DNA of 63,577 nucleotides, filler included, from Chiloscyllium plagiosum (lineage: Eukaryota), in NCBI RefSeq assembly GCF_004010195.1. It is 4 parts of one record of this genome, joined end to end, with 100 filler letters (N's around TTAATTAATTAA, not from the genome) between each part and the next. Parts side by side here need not be neighbours in the genome. Positions count along the whole stretch, not along the records: positions 31,213 to 54,967 come from NC_057716.1; 3 more parts are not named here. One strand, written 5' to 3'. The translations under genes were made by a program, and so were the position numbers. Under the pieces are notes generated by a model. That model had not been told where the DNA came from and made no database searches. It saw nothing but the letters and a program-made list of their open reading frames with translations. Shown one piece after another: positions 39,641 to 53,462 of the stretch (position 1 is the stretch's first letter; every line of letters begins with the position of its first letter).

Positions 39641-39887
39641 TATTACATAGTTTCATCTGTGTCCCAAGTATTTGTAGATGTTATTGTTGTACTCCAATCC
39701 AGCTATTGGATCACGTGTGTGTGTGTTCATAGAATGCAGTGTGCCAGTTAACTCCTTCTTCCTGGTATTACATAGTTTCATCTGTGTCCTAAGTATTTGT
39801 AGATGTTATTGTTGTACTCCAATCCAGCTATTGGATCACGTGTGTGTGTTCATAGAATGCAGTGTGCCAGTTAACTCCCTTTTCCTG
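39641..39887. repeat. 125-bp direct tandem duplication next to a (CT)n(GT)n microsatellite
   Basis: TATTACATAGTTTCATCTGTGTCC... starts at 39641 and again at 39766, nearly identical. Confidence 0.9.
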
Positions 39888-42084
39888 TGTGGCTGGTTGT
39901 CTTTATGTGAAACCTTTATTCTTCCTTATGTTTGAGATTTGGTTTATTCCTCCAACTCCACCCTGCAATTTTAAAGTGTAAACCATGCTGTTAAGTGTGT
40001 GAAGCAGTGAAGGGAACTTGAGATCTGCAATGAAAAGCAGGAATGCATTTAGCTTGGTCAGAATCTCCTGGTTAAGTGGCCTAAATATTAACCTGTCCTT
40101 TCTCTGTTTACATATTTAACTAGATTTGCTGTACAAATTATTGAATGAAGGCATATTTCTGATGGGTGTTCTTCGTGTAACTGTGCTTGCCATGTTTATC
40201 CTGAGTTACTTTCTCCTCAGCTGCTAACACACTTGAAATAAACGAGCAGCGAGGAAAAGCTATATGTTAAACATGTGCTTCCCATAAATTGGCACCATTT
40301 GAGCTTTATTGTGGATTGTTAAGCATATGTTAAATTGGTCTAATCTTGGGGAATGAAAGACTGGGTATTGTTGGAAATCACCTCTCCAAAGTTTAACATG
40401 TTAATTTTTTGAATTCATACATGTCTCTTCTGTTACAGTTGTGTTTTTTAAGCTATCGATAAGCTATTATCTCTTACATTAATCTGTTGTGAATTTGCAC
40501 AACCATCTGAATCTGAGATTATAAATGTCTCGCCTGCGATAAATTGAGACTACAAAGGAGCTTTTGCTGAGCCAGAGTGGTGAGAATTGCTCTTTATGTC
40601 TTACTAGTTTGAAAGTGATTCAGTAATTCTCCCCACGCCTTAGGTCAAGGGTTGTATACCCAGTTTTGTGTTACCTGACCCTTTTTATGGTGACCTTGCT
40701 GCACAGCAGACCAATTGTGTAGTCCTTGCTCCTGAGCAAGTTGGATTTTCCTCACCTTGTGCAGTGTGTATTTTTAATGTAATAACACAAGTAATTCTCA
40801 ATACTCTTAGAACCGCTCTGCATCTGGTAGCTACCAGAGTGGGTTTAGTATTGGCATTTAACTTTAACTCTCAGTGCAGTTGGGGGTGATATTCCTGAGA
40901 GGAATAGGATTTTTCTTTTATCATTTCAGTCTGTTGTAGTTGTTTAAATTTTGTTTTAATCATAGTTCCTTCTAGAGATATGGAGATTTTAAAACACAAT
41001 ATTGTTTTGCACTTTATTCAATTGTGTTTGTCGTCTTTTCATCCTGTAAAAATGGTTCCATTACTAGAAGTGAAACACATCTTTTAAGTCCTCATAGATT
41101 GATCTCTGCGGAGTAGGAAGCCATACAGTAAATCCAGTAGCTAGCACAAACAAGACGTTGAAGATGACCCAAGGGTTTAAACGGAAGGTAGCTAGGTTGA
41201 AAGTCATTCTTCTGGTGACAGGAGCCCAGAGCAAAGGGTGATAGCTTTAAAATTAGATGCAGGGCTTTTGGGAGTGATGTGAAGAAGCCCTCCTACACTC
41301 AGAGTGCCAGATTTTTAGCACATGCTATGTACACACACACACACATTGGAAAACTAGGAACCAAAATTGATATATTTTTGGGTTAGGGTGGCATATGAGA
41401 GAATGAAAGTTGTGGCTATGTTGGGAAGATTGAGTTATGACACACAAAGCCATGGCCTGACTGGCTGAACAAGGCCAAAGAGCTGAATGGCACTACACCA
41501 CAGCCTCCTCTTGGAGGCTACTGTCACTGGACTAGTAATCCAGAACCATGTTCTGAGGTCATGTGTTCATCGCTTGTGCAATGAAACCAATGGTTAGGCC
41601 ATTTCCTTCACTGCTGCCTTAGCCTTTCCTTACTGTTTCTGTTTCCTGCCCCAGTACCTTTCCCACAATTGTTCACAGGCCACTGTTATGCTCTACTTTA
41701 AGTGCAATGCAGACTAGCTTTGTGATCTTTCAACTATTTTAAAAAGCAAAATGTAGTTTGAGGGGCTGAAGGTGATTAAAGGATTTGATTCAGAAACTAG
41801 AACTTGGAGGATTCTAGTGTAGTTTTAGTGTCCCTCGCACTGAGCCAAGAGACATGGGTTTAATTCCAATACTGTGACAGAGGTGTGTAATAGGTTGATT
41901 AGAACATATGGAAAGAAACTAGTTGGTTTATTCCAGAGTAGAAGACAAATTAGAGCACGTAGCCTTTCAGCCACACACTGAGCACTTGCTACCTAACCTG
42001 CTGCCACCATCTTGAGAAACGTACCATGCTGATTCCTGAGATGGCAGGTGGGACTGGCATATGTCCTTGTGTTTAAATAAGAAA

Positions 42085-42490
42085 CTGCAGAGAGTCGTGA
42101 CACAGCCCAGCCCATCACGCAAGCCAGCCTTTCATCTGTTGATTCTATCTACACTTCTCACCACCTCTGGAAGGCAGCCAACGTCATCAAAGAATCCTCC
42201 CACCCTGGTTTTATCTCTTCCATCAGGCAGAAGATACAAAAGCTTAAACACAAATTCAAGAACAGTTTCTCTCCTGCTGTTATTAGTCTTCCAAATGGGC
42301 TTCTCAAATTTTAAATTTAGATGTTGATCTTACTCTTTGTGCAACTTCTCTGCAGCCATAACATCTATTCCTCGCTCTGTTCTATTACCCTAATGCACTT
42401 TATATGCTATGAGCTGCCTATACTGCACGTAAAACAGAACTTTCCACAGTACGTACGTGCGTGTGACAATAATAAGTCAAACCAAATTAA
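42085..42490 (+). mobile_element. Rex1/Babar-like LINE 3' remnant
   Basis: ...LPSGRRYKSL...FKNSF.PAVI.L motif across frameshifts and a GTGACAATAA...AAAT tail. A matching tail lies at about 12355-12470. Confidence 0.65.
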
Positions 42491-45168
42491 AAAAAACTCA
42501 CCAACTCCTGCTCTCCACCCTTTGCATTCCTGCCCTCAGTCCTCAGAATCCTTCCTCACATATCCAAGTTTCCTTTTAACCACAGTTGTCTGCTGTGACT
42601 TCAGATATCTGTGCTCTAAGCACTGGCCGTCACTCCCTAAACCTCTCCACTTCCCTCTGCTCCAATTAACCACTCCTTAAAAGCTACCTGTTTCTCCAGC
42701 CTCATTTAATACAACTTTGCATGTTTTGTGCCAAGTTTATTTTGATAACACTCCTGTGTCACGCCTTGGGATGTTTGGCTATGTTAATGATGCTTTATAA
42801 GTATGAATGATCGTCCTTAAAATCAGAACTGAGTTTCTCCAGCACTTTGCAGATGTTGGAAATCTGAAATAAGAACAGTGCTTCACTTTTCTATCTTATA
42901 GTTTTTTGTTGTCACTCTTTCCTGAACATGCTACAGAGTGGGATAGAAATCCAGAGAGGTTGAATCGATCCTTTAACAGTTTATTTGTTGTACAGTTTCG
43001 AGAGAGATTAAAGTCCACAGGGAGTTTGGCTTGATTTTAAGAGGAATAGGAAATGATAGCAATTCCCACTCCCTCGTCATAACCCGAACCGGGGGCTGGT
43101 TTAGGAGATTATAGTAAATATTTTTCAATTATCTGCTTTCCTCAGAACCTCATGTCACACTCATTAAGCTGATTGTTCACTGAAATGTAAAATAAATGTA
43201 CCATAAACAAATGTGAAATCAGCATAAGTTTCTCAGCTTTAGGGTGTAGAGCAAGACACAGACTATGGACCGACAAGCAAGGGCTTTGGGTGGTTTAGAA
43301 TCATAGAATCCCTACAGTTTGGAGTAGGCCATTCAACCCATCAAGTCCACGCTGACCCCCTCTGAAGACCCCCTGTCCCTGTAACCCAGCATTTCTCATG
43401 GCTAATCTACTGTCCCTGAATACTATAGGCACTTTAGCATGGCCAATCCACCTAACCTGCACATTTTGGACTGTGGTAGGAAGCCCATGCAGACTCCACA
43501 TAGCCAGTCACCTGAGAGCAGAATCGGACTCCAGTCCCTGGTGCTGTGAGGCAGCGTGCTAACCACTGAGCCACTGTCTACTTCAAAAGGGTTAGATAGC
43601 TGGGAATGAGTTCAAGGCTAATTGCAAACTGACATGAAGATTTTAAATGTTGACCTTCATGTTTGAAAGGCTTTCGTTGACAGCAGAGGAAAATGGTGAT
43701 ACTGCCTGTGTGAGTGCCAACTCTGAAACCAAAGCTCCAGTATGACTCTTGATGACCACGGCATGTTCAGCATCTGTGATGGAACCTGACTGTCAGAGTT
43801 ATGTTGGTGGCCAAACTGGTGAAGCTGAAACCACAAATTTGATTTACACCATATTATAAGATCTAGGAACAGAATTAAGCCACTTGCCCCATCCAGACTG
43901 CTTCACCATTCGCTCATGGCTGATAGGAAAATGGGGGTGAGGAGCCTATCTTCTCCCCATAACCCTTCAACCCATTACCAATTAAAAACTTTGTCTAACT
44001 CCTCCTTAAATTTATTCACTGTCCCAGCATCCAACGCACTTTGCAGCAGCGAGTTCCACAGATTCACAATCTTTTGGGGCAAGTAGTTTCTCCTTGACTC
44101 TGTTTTAAATTTGCTACCCCTTACCCTAAGACTGTGACCTCTTGTCCAGAATGTCCCACAAGAGGAAGCATCTGCTCCATGTCTATTTTATCCACGTCTT
44201 TTATCACCTTGAATATCTCAATTTAATCTCCCCTTGTTCTTTTAAATTTCAGAGACTATAGGCCTAAACAGTTCAATCTCTCTTAATACGACAAGCCCCT
44301 CGTTTCTGGGATCAATCTAGTGAACCTCCTCTGAGCTGCCTTCAATGCCACTTCAGGAGGATGTGGTGGAGGCTGGTACAATTGCAACATTTAAGAGGCA
44401 TTTGGATGGGTATATGAATAGGAAGGGTTTGGAGGGGTATGGGCTGGGTGCTGGCAGGTGGGACTAGATTGGGTTGGGACATCTGGACGGGTTGGACCGA
44501 AAGTTCTGTTTCCCTGCTGTTCATCTCTGATTCTATCTTTCCACAAATAAGAGGACTAAAACTGTGCACAATACTAGCAAGTTTTGAGAAGATTTGTAGC
44601 TCAGGTTGAGGTTCTGGATGTAGGTTTGCTCGCTGAGCTGGAAGCTGTACACAATACTCGATTTACTATCTCACCACTGCATTGTATAGTTGTATATGTC
44701 CATCGCCGTGTGTAGATGGAGGGCGCTGATGATGACCTGGGGATCCGCAGTGACTTATGGACAGAAATCTAGTTTCCAGTTGCGTTACCAACTCCAAGCA
44801 GTGGGGAAGAGGTGGAATGGGGCACAGTTGGCTTCGATGCCTCAAACATCGAAGTAACCCTAAAGACATGGGTTCAATTCCCATTCTACCTGAGATAGGA
44901 GTTGCCCCAGAGAGAAGGTGCAAAGGCAAGCAACACTACCCTGAAACCGGCTCTATTCAGGATGAAGTATCTGCAGAGAATGTGCCAGAGGCCTACCCTC
45001 AAGATAGACCACACGTCATTCACTCAGAGCGAACATGGTGATGTTACTAAACTAAAGCCTGAACCATAGTATCTGAGGAAGTTAAATTGTTGATTTACAA
45101 AAAACCCATGAAGCCACAAAACTGGATTATCATTTTAAAAAAAAAGCCACCTGTCTTCCTTATGTGGT

Positions 45169-45416
45169 TGTATGTAACTCTAGAGCTGAAAATGTGTTGC
45201 TGGAAAAGCGCAGCAGGTCAGGCAGCATCCAAGGAGCAGGAGAATCAAAGTTTCGGGCATGAGCCCTTCTTCAGGAATGAAGAAGGGCTCATGCCCGAAA
45301 TGTCGATTCTCCTGCTCCTTGGATGCTGCCTGACCTGCTGCGCTTTTCCAGCAACCATTTTCAGCTCTGATCTCCAGTATCTGCAGTCCTCACTTTCTCC
45401 TGTATGTAACTCTAGA
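45169..45416. mobile_element. Palindromic hammerhead element (family A) with perfect 16-bp TSD
   Basis: TGTATGTAACTCTAGA at 45169-45184 and 45401-45416; inverted arms. Confidence 0.88.
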
Positions 45417-47765
45417 CCCACAGCAATGTCATTCCCTCTTAACTGGCTTCTAAAACGGCCAAGTGAACTGCTAGTTGTATTCACTGTCCTCTTCTCAAGG
45501 ACAATTTGGGATGGGCAATAAATGCTGGCCTTGCCAGTGACACCCACATCTTATAAATGAATAAAAATTCCTGCGACCATAAAGAGCTCTTTGTAGTTGT
45601 GTGAGTTTATGACTAGTGTTAGTTTCTCTGTACTAAAGAGGTAAATGCAGGAACTGAAAGCATAAAACCAGCAGAGCAGAAGCAGTCATTTCTGCATTAG
45701 TTAAAAGGTTGAAGTGTCAGCCATGGAAAAGTAAATATTTACTGAAAGTTGGAGTAAATTTACAGTCAATTTTACCAAGGGTGTAGTTTCGTAGACTTGC
45801 ACAAAGGCAAATAATCCAACAGAAATATTGGAAATAATTGAGTGAGAAGGAAGTGATATTTACATCCTACTTTCCTCCAAGTGAATGAACGTGGTGTCTA
45901 CCAGCTAGTTGAGTAGGGTCCTAGAGGTCACAAATATTATTGTCTTCTTTGAGAGCCCCTGATGTATTTTGAGATGACTGATAAGTCCAACGTTCAGTCT
46001 GCACACTCTGACATACAGGGGGACGTAGTGGTTGGAGTGTTGTGCGGACAGGTTGTTTGGAGGTCTGTGTACTCTGTCTGTCACCCAAATTTCACCGCTG
46101 CACATTGACAGTGAAGGTTCCTCTCATGCTCCATTTCTCCCTGAACAAACCTTCTCTGTTTCGGCTGGTCACAGGCTTGAGTCATACAGAACAGAAACAG
46201 ACCCTTCGGTCCAACCAGTCCATGCCAACCCACCGAAGCACAAACCACCCAGACCCATTCCCCTACATTTACCCCTTCACCTAACACTACGGGTAATTTT
46301 CCATGGCCAATTCACCTAACCTGTACATTTTTGGACTGTGGGAGGAAACCCACGCAGACACGGGAGAATGTGCAAACTCCACACAGTCAGTCGCGTAAGG
46401 CAGGAATTGAACCCAGGACTCTGGCGCTGTGAGGCAGCAGTGCTAACCACTGTGCTGCCCATATAATCCTAACCTAAACTAGTCTCACCTGACTGCCCAT
46501 AATCCATATCCCTCCAAATCTTTTCTCCTAATATACTTACCTGTGTGTCTTTTAAGTGTTGTAACTGTGCTCACATCCTCCACTTCCTCAGGAAATTCAT
46601 TCCACACACAAACCACCCCCAGGATAAAAGATTTTCCCCTTCTGTCTTTTTAAAATCTCCCTCCTCTCACCTTAAAAGTTTGCCCCTTAATCTTGAAATC
46701 CCCCACACCTACTATTAACCCTATCTGCAGATTCATGATTTTATAAACCTCTATAAGGTTATGTCTCAACCTCCTACGTTCCAGTGTAAAACGTCATTGG
46801 GGATGTTTGACCTCTTCAGGAAGGCTTTGAGAATATCCCAGAGTGTTTCCTGTCATCCCCGTGAAAGACTTTGATTCAAGCACTCATTGAGGATGCAGGG
46901 TCAGGCTCATAAGCAACAGGTACTGCCTGGTTTTGTTAGACCTCTCCCTCGATGGTGGGTAGGTTGGTTTGGGAGAGGAGGTTGCTCTTGGACCGTGTTT
47001 CTTGCCCCTGATTTTTGGAAGATCTAGTGAAGATACCACAGGTAATACTTACCCAATGCTTCGAGGGTCTATTGTTGTCCAAATCACAAAGGATTGTATG
47101 CTTCTGCCTAGTAACCAAACCATGGTATAGTGCATCACTGTCAAAAAGTGTGGTGCTATAAAAGCACAGCCAGTCAGGCAGTTTCTGAGGAGTAGGAAAT
47201 TTGATATTTCAAGCCTAAGCTCTTCAGGAAAGATGAAGAGCTTCATTCCTGATGAAGAGCCTCTCCTCAAAACGTCGACTCTCCTGCTCCTCAGATGCTG
47301 CCTGACCAGCTGTGCTTTTCCTGCAGTAGACTTTCTGATTCTGATCTCCAGCATCTGCAGTCCTCACTTTCTCCCTAAACTGTATCACTGCACTTGACCT
47401 CCTCAGTTCAATTAATGTAGCAAAACAATGGGTTTTACTTATTTGTTTGGGATGTGGGAAGTCCCTTTAGTCTATTAACTATGAGCAAGTGAATTAGGAG
47501 CAGGAACAGCCCTCAAGCCTGCTCCAACTTTCAATAAGATCCCAGCTGATCTGTTCACACCCCATTCCCATCTACCCCAATAACCTTTCAACCCCTTGCT
47601 TGTGAAGGATCTTGTGTGTTTCAATCAAGTTACCTTTTATTTGATCTCAACCTTCCAGTTTTCCTATTCTGTCTGGTTAAAGCTTTCAAATGCAAAGTAG
47701 CAATCAGAAACTACGTTTAACCACACTATCTTCCTGCAACAAATGAATAATATCTTGGAATAATG

Positions 47766-48016
47766 TTGCAGGATTCTTAGAGGAGAAAGTGAGGTCTGCA
47801 GATGCTGGAGATCAGAGCCAGAGATGTGTTGCTGGAAAAGCGCAGCAGGTCAGGCAGCATCCAGGGAATAGGAGAATCGACGTTTCGGGCATAAGCCCTT
47901 CTTCTCATTCCTGAAGAAGGGCTTATGCCCGAAACATCGATTCTCCTGTTCCCTGGATGCTGCCTGACCTGCTGCGCTTTTCCAGCAACACATCTCCGGC
48001 TCTTGCAGGATTCTTA
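47766..48016. mobile_element. Palindromic hammerhead element (family A) with 14-bp TSD
   Basis: TTGCAGGATTCTTA at 47766-47779 and 48003-48016. Core CTGAAGAAGGGCTTATGCCCGAAAC at about 47910. An older copy lies at about 47140-47375. Confidence 0.88.
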
Positions 48017-50326
48017 CACAACTTTTAGGGTAGGCAGTGGTTGTAGTGGTAAAACCATGGACCTAGTAATCCAGGCAAATTGTCTGGGGTTAGGATTCAG
48101 ATTCCATAATAACAGATGGTGAAATTTGAATTCAGTGAAAAATCTAGCCTAATGGCAACTCTAATGGCATTAAAACCTCAGCTAGTTCATTAATGCCCTT
48201 TAGGGAAGGAAATTTGCCATCCTTACCTAGTCTGACCTGCATGTGAATCCAGACCATCAGCAATATGGTTGATTCTAATTGCTGTCTGGATAATTAGAGA
48301 TGGGGAATAAAGGGGCAGCGTGGTGGCTCAGTGGTTAGCACTGCTGCCTCACAGCGCCAGGGACCCGGGTTTGATTCCACTCTCATTTGCACATTCTCCC
48401 TGTGTCTGCAGAAATGTGCAGGTTAGGTGGATTGGTCATGCTGAATTGCCCATATTATCCAGGGATGAACAGGCTTAGGTAGGTAGGTCATGGGAAATGC
48501 AAGGTTACAGGTATGGGGAAGGGTCTGGGTGGGATGCTCTTTTGAAGGGTTGGTGTGGACCTGATAGGGCAAATGGACTGCTTCTACACTGTAGGGGATT
48601 CTATGAATTAGAATTAGCGTTATTGTCACATGAGTACAGCGAAAAGATTCCAAGTCGCCACTTACAGCACCATCTTCGCTGCCTTGGAACAGATTCTTAG
48701 GTAAATGCTGTCCTGGCCAGTGATGCCCACATTCTGTGGGCCAATAGGAAAATGAAATAGAACCATGGGAATGGAATACTGTGGACCAATCAGCCAATAG
48801 CACACACCAGATCCTCCCCCCCCCCCAACCGCCTCAACATACAGTTTGATCTGTTTATGTTTTCTTGTGAAGTTTCAATCCACAATCCTCTGACTCAGTG
48901 CCACTAAATGAGTTAGACTGACACACCCACTGATGTAACAGAATAAATATAAAGGTAACTTTGAAAGGGTACGTTCCCTTTTGTTTTGATAGATATTTCC
49001 ACTGTTCATTATAAATATGACTTGTATATAAATATATAGAACCAGCACCTCCATGACTTCATCCCAATATGATTTATAGCCAAGGAAGTATTTTTGAAAA
49101 GTAGTCAATGTCTTAGAGTAAGGAAATTTGGCAGTCAATTGACACGTAGTAAGATCCCACAAAAATAAATGACTCAACAATGTATTTATATCGTGCCTTC
49201 AGCATAATTAAACATCCCAAAGCACTCCACAGACGTATTATAAAATAAAAAACATTGTACTGAGTACATAAATAGATAGTAGTTCACAATAAACCTGAAA
49301 GGAGCCAGGCAAGGTGTCAAGAGTTTTATGGAAGGAATTCCAGGGCTGAGGATCCAGGCAAAGGGAGATATACCAGCAAAGCTGGAGGCCACAATTGATG
49401 GAGCAAGGGTTTCTCAGAGAGTTGTTGGGCTGAGAGATTATACAAATAGGGAAGAATCATGCTATGGAGGGATTAGAAAGCAGGAATGAGCATGTTAAAA
49501 TCACGGCATTACTTGATGTCAGAGTGCACAGGAAAGATACATCAATGGGACTTGATGTGAGCTGAAATTTTTCACAGAATCCCTACCATATGGCAGCAGG
49601 CCTTTCAGCCCATACCAACCCTCTAAGGAGTACCCCACCCCTCTATCCTATCTCTGGAACCCTGCATTTCTCATGGCTAATCCATCTAGCCTACACATCC
49701 CTGGATACTATGGCAATTTAGCACAGCCAACCTACCCAATCTGCACATCTTTAGAATGTGGGAGGAAATCAAAGCACCCGGAGGGGAACTATGGAAACAC
49801 TGGGAGAATGTGCAAACTCCTCACCCGAGGGTGGAACCGAACCCAGGTCGATATCGCTGTGAGGTAACGTGAATGTATATGGAGCGTAGAATACAGAAGA
49901 CCAAACAAGCCTTGTCAGTATATTCTGGCTTGTACAATAAAAGGTCTGAACAAAGGTTTTGGCAACTGAACAAAGATGGGGCAAAGGTGGATGATTTTAT
50001 GGAGGGTTGAAACAGATGGTCTTAGGGATGGAGTGAACAGGAAGTTAGAAATTCAGCTTTAATTCAGTTGTGACACCATTGCAAAGGGATAGACATGACC
50101 TCAGATTGTTCCCTATGAGAGATACAGAGACCACCATTGGGGAATGGAGTTTGGAGCTGGGAGTAAAAGCAATGTCTTTTATCTTTCCAGTAATTGGAGG
50201 GAATTTTTGGTCATCCAGTATTAACTTCAGGTAAGCACTCTGATAACTGAGCAGCAGTGGGGGAGTTGAGAGAGTAGTGGTAAGGTTGTTAACTTATAAT
50301 CAGATTTTGATGTTGGTTGATGGATA

Positions 50327-50645
50327 TTAGATTAGATTACATTACATTACAGTGTGGAAACAGGCCCTTCGGCCCAACAAGTCCACACCGACCCGCCGAA
50401 GCACAACCCACCCACACCCCTACATTTACCCATTACCTAACACTACGGGCAATTTAACATGGTCAATTCACCTGACCTGCACATCTTTGGATTGTGAGAG
50501 AAAACCGGAGCACCCGGAGGAAACCCACGCAGACACGGGGAGAATGTGCAAACTCCACAGAGTCAGTTGCCTGAGGCGGGAATTGAACCCGGGTCTCAGG
50601 CGCTGTGAGGCAGCAGTGCTAACCACTGTGCCACCGTGCCACCCA
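50327..50645 (-). mobile_element. HE1/V-SINE, full length
   Basis: Reverse complement of the 21434-21753 element, with a (TAATC/TAATG)n tail. Confidence 0.9.
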
Positions 50646-51958
50646 CCAGAATCGCATGCAGTATTCCAAAAGTGGCCTAACCAATGTCCTGTACAGTCGC
50701 AACATGACCTCCCAACTCCTGTACTACTTGCCAAGGAGAAGGTGGAGACGAACTGCCTCCTTCAACCGTTGCAGTCCACCTGTTGTAGGTTGACCCACAA
50801 TGCCCTTAGGGAGAGAATTCCAGGATTCTGACCCAGAGTAATGGAAGGAACAGCGATATATTTCCAAGTCAGGATGGTGTGTAGATTTGAGAGGCCTGGT
50901 CAACGACGCCCACATCCCATGAGTGAATAAATTTTTATTCTACGTACATATCTGGTGTTCACATGTATTTGCTACTTTTGTCCTACTAGATGGAAGTGAT
51001 TATGGGTTTGGAAGGTGCTGTCTGAGGATCTTTGGTAAATTTCTGCAGTGCATCTTGAAATGGTATACACTGCTGCTACTGAGCGTCAGTGGTGGAGGGA
51101 GTGTTCCTGCTTGTTGTGCCAATTGAAGCAGGCTGCTTTGTCCTGGATGGTGTCAAGCTTCTTGAGTGTTGTTGGAGCAGCACCCATCCAGGCCAGTGGG
51201 GAATATTCCATCACACTCCTGACTTGTGCCTTGTAGATGGTGTTCAGGATTTTGTGAGTCAGGAGGTAAGTACTGCAAGATTTCTTGCTTCTGACCTGCT
51301 CTTGTAGCCACTGTATATGGCTGGTTCAGTTCAGTTTCTGGTCAGTGGTAACCCCCATGATGTTGATGTTGATGGTGGGGAATTCAGTGATGGTAACACC
51401 ATTTAAAATTCACCTACTTTTTTTGTAAAACTATCATTTAATCTTCATTACCAACTGCATGCTGCAAGCATGTCCTCAGGTTAACATCTCATCTGTAATG
51501 TAGCAGGTCTGTCAGTACAGCCCTCTCTCTGTACCACACTGGAAATGCCAGACTGTGTACTTAATCCTGGCTTAAATCCACAAACCTCAGACTCAGAGGC
51601 CAGATTGCTACAAAATAAGCTAGTAGTTGGGGAACTGAATCAAGTCTTTCCAAATTTAGCATACTACACGATAAATGCAGGGTGAACATCTCTGCACAAT
51701 AATTCTTAAGTCGAGTTTCGGAAGACGTATCCTGAACATATTTTTAGAAACATTCCCTCCATTCAGATTTCCTTCAGCTCACAAAGGCTTCAATAATTCA
51801 AAGTATGACAATGAAAATACACAATGAATATAGGCTCAAAATATGTTTTACTTAATAATGTTTCAGTAATTACACCAGTTCTCAATGGTCATACCACATT
51901 GTTAAACAAGTTATAAAACTGAGCCTCTTCCTAAAAAGATGATTTAAGAATAAACTGT

Positions 51959-52981
<1,023 letters not shown>

Positions 52982-53003
52982 TTACTGACTACTGGCAAAC
53001 TTA

Positions 53004-53195
<192 letters not shown>

Positions 53196-53462
53196 TCAGT
53201 TTACAACCCAATAGGATGCAATAATAAACTTTTAAGAGTCAAATGCTTTTGCACTGAGTCGAAGAGAAGTGAATGGGGGGACTGCAAAAAAACACAAACA
53301 GAAAAGATTGACATATATAGACAATGTAACTTGGACAATAACTTTTGGGCTAGATAACTGACACTGGTGTAAAGTTGGGATTATGTTACATTACTTACAA
53401 ATCCAGAGATTTTCACAGAATTGTTACAGTGCTGAAGGACGCCATTCAGCCCATCATGTAAC

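Noticed and set aside
45905..46120. Possible RTE-type LINE C-terminal zinc-finger remnant (RVCRLNVGLISHLKIH)
   Set aside because: Too short and decayed to call with confidence.
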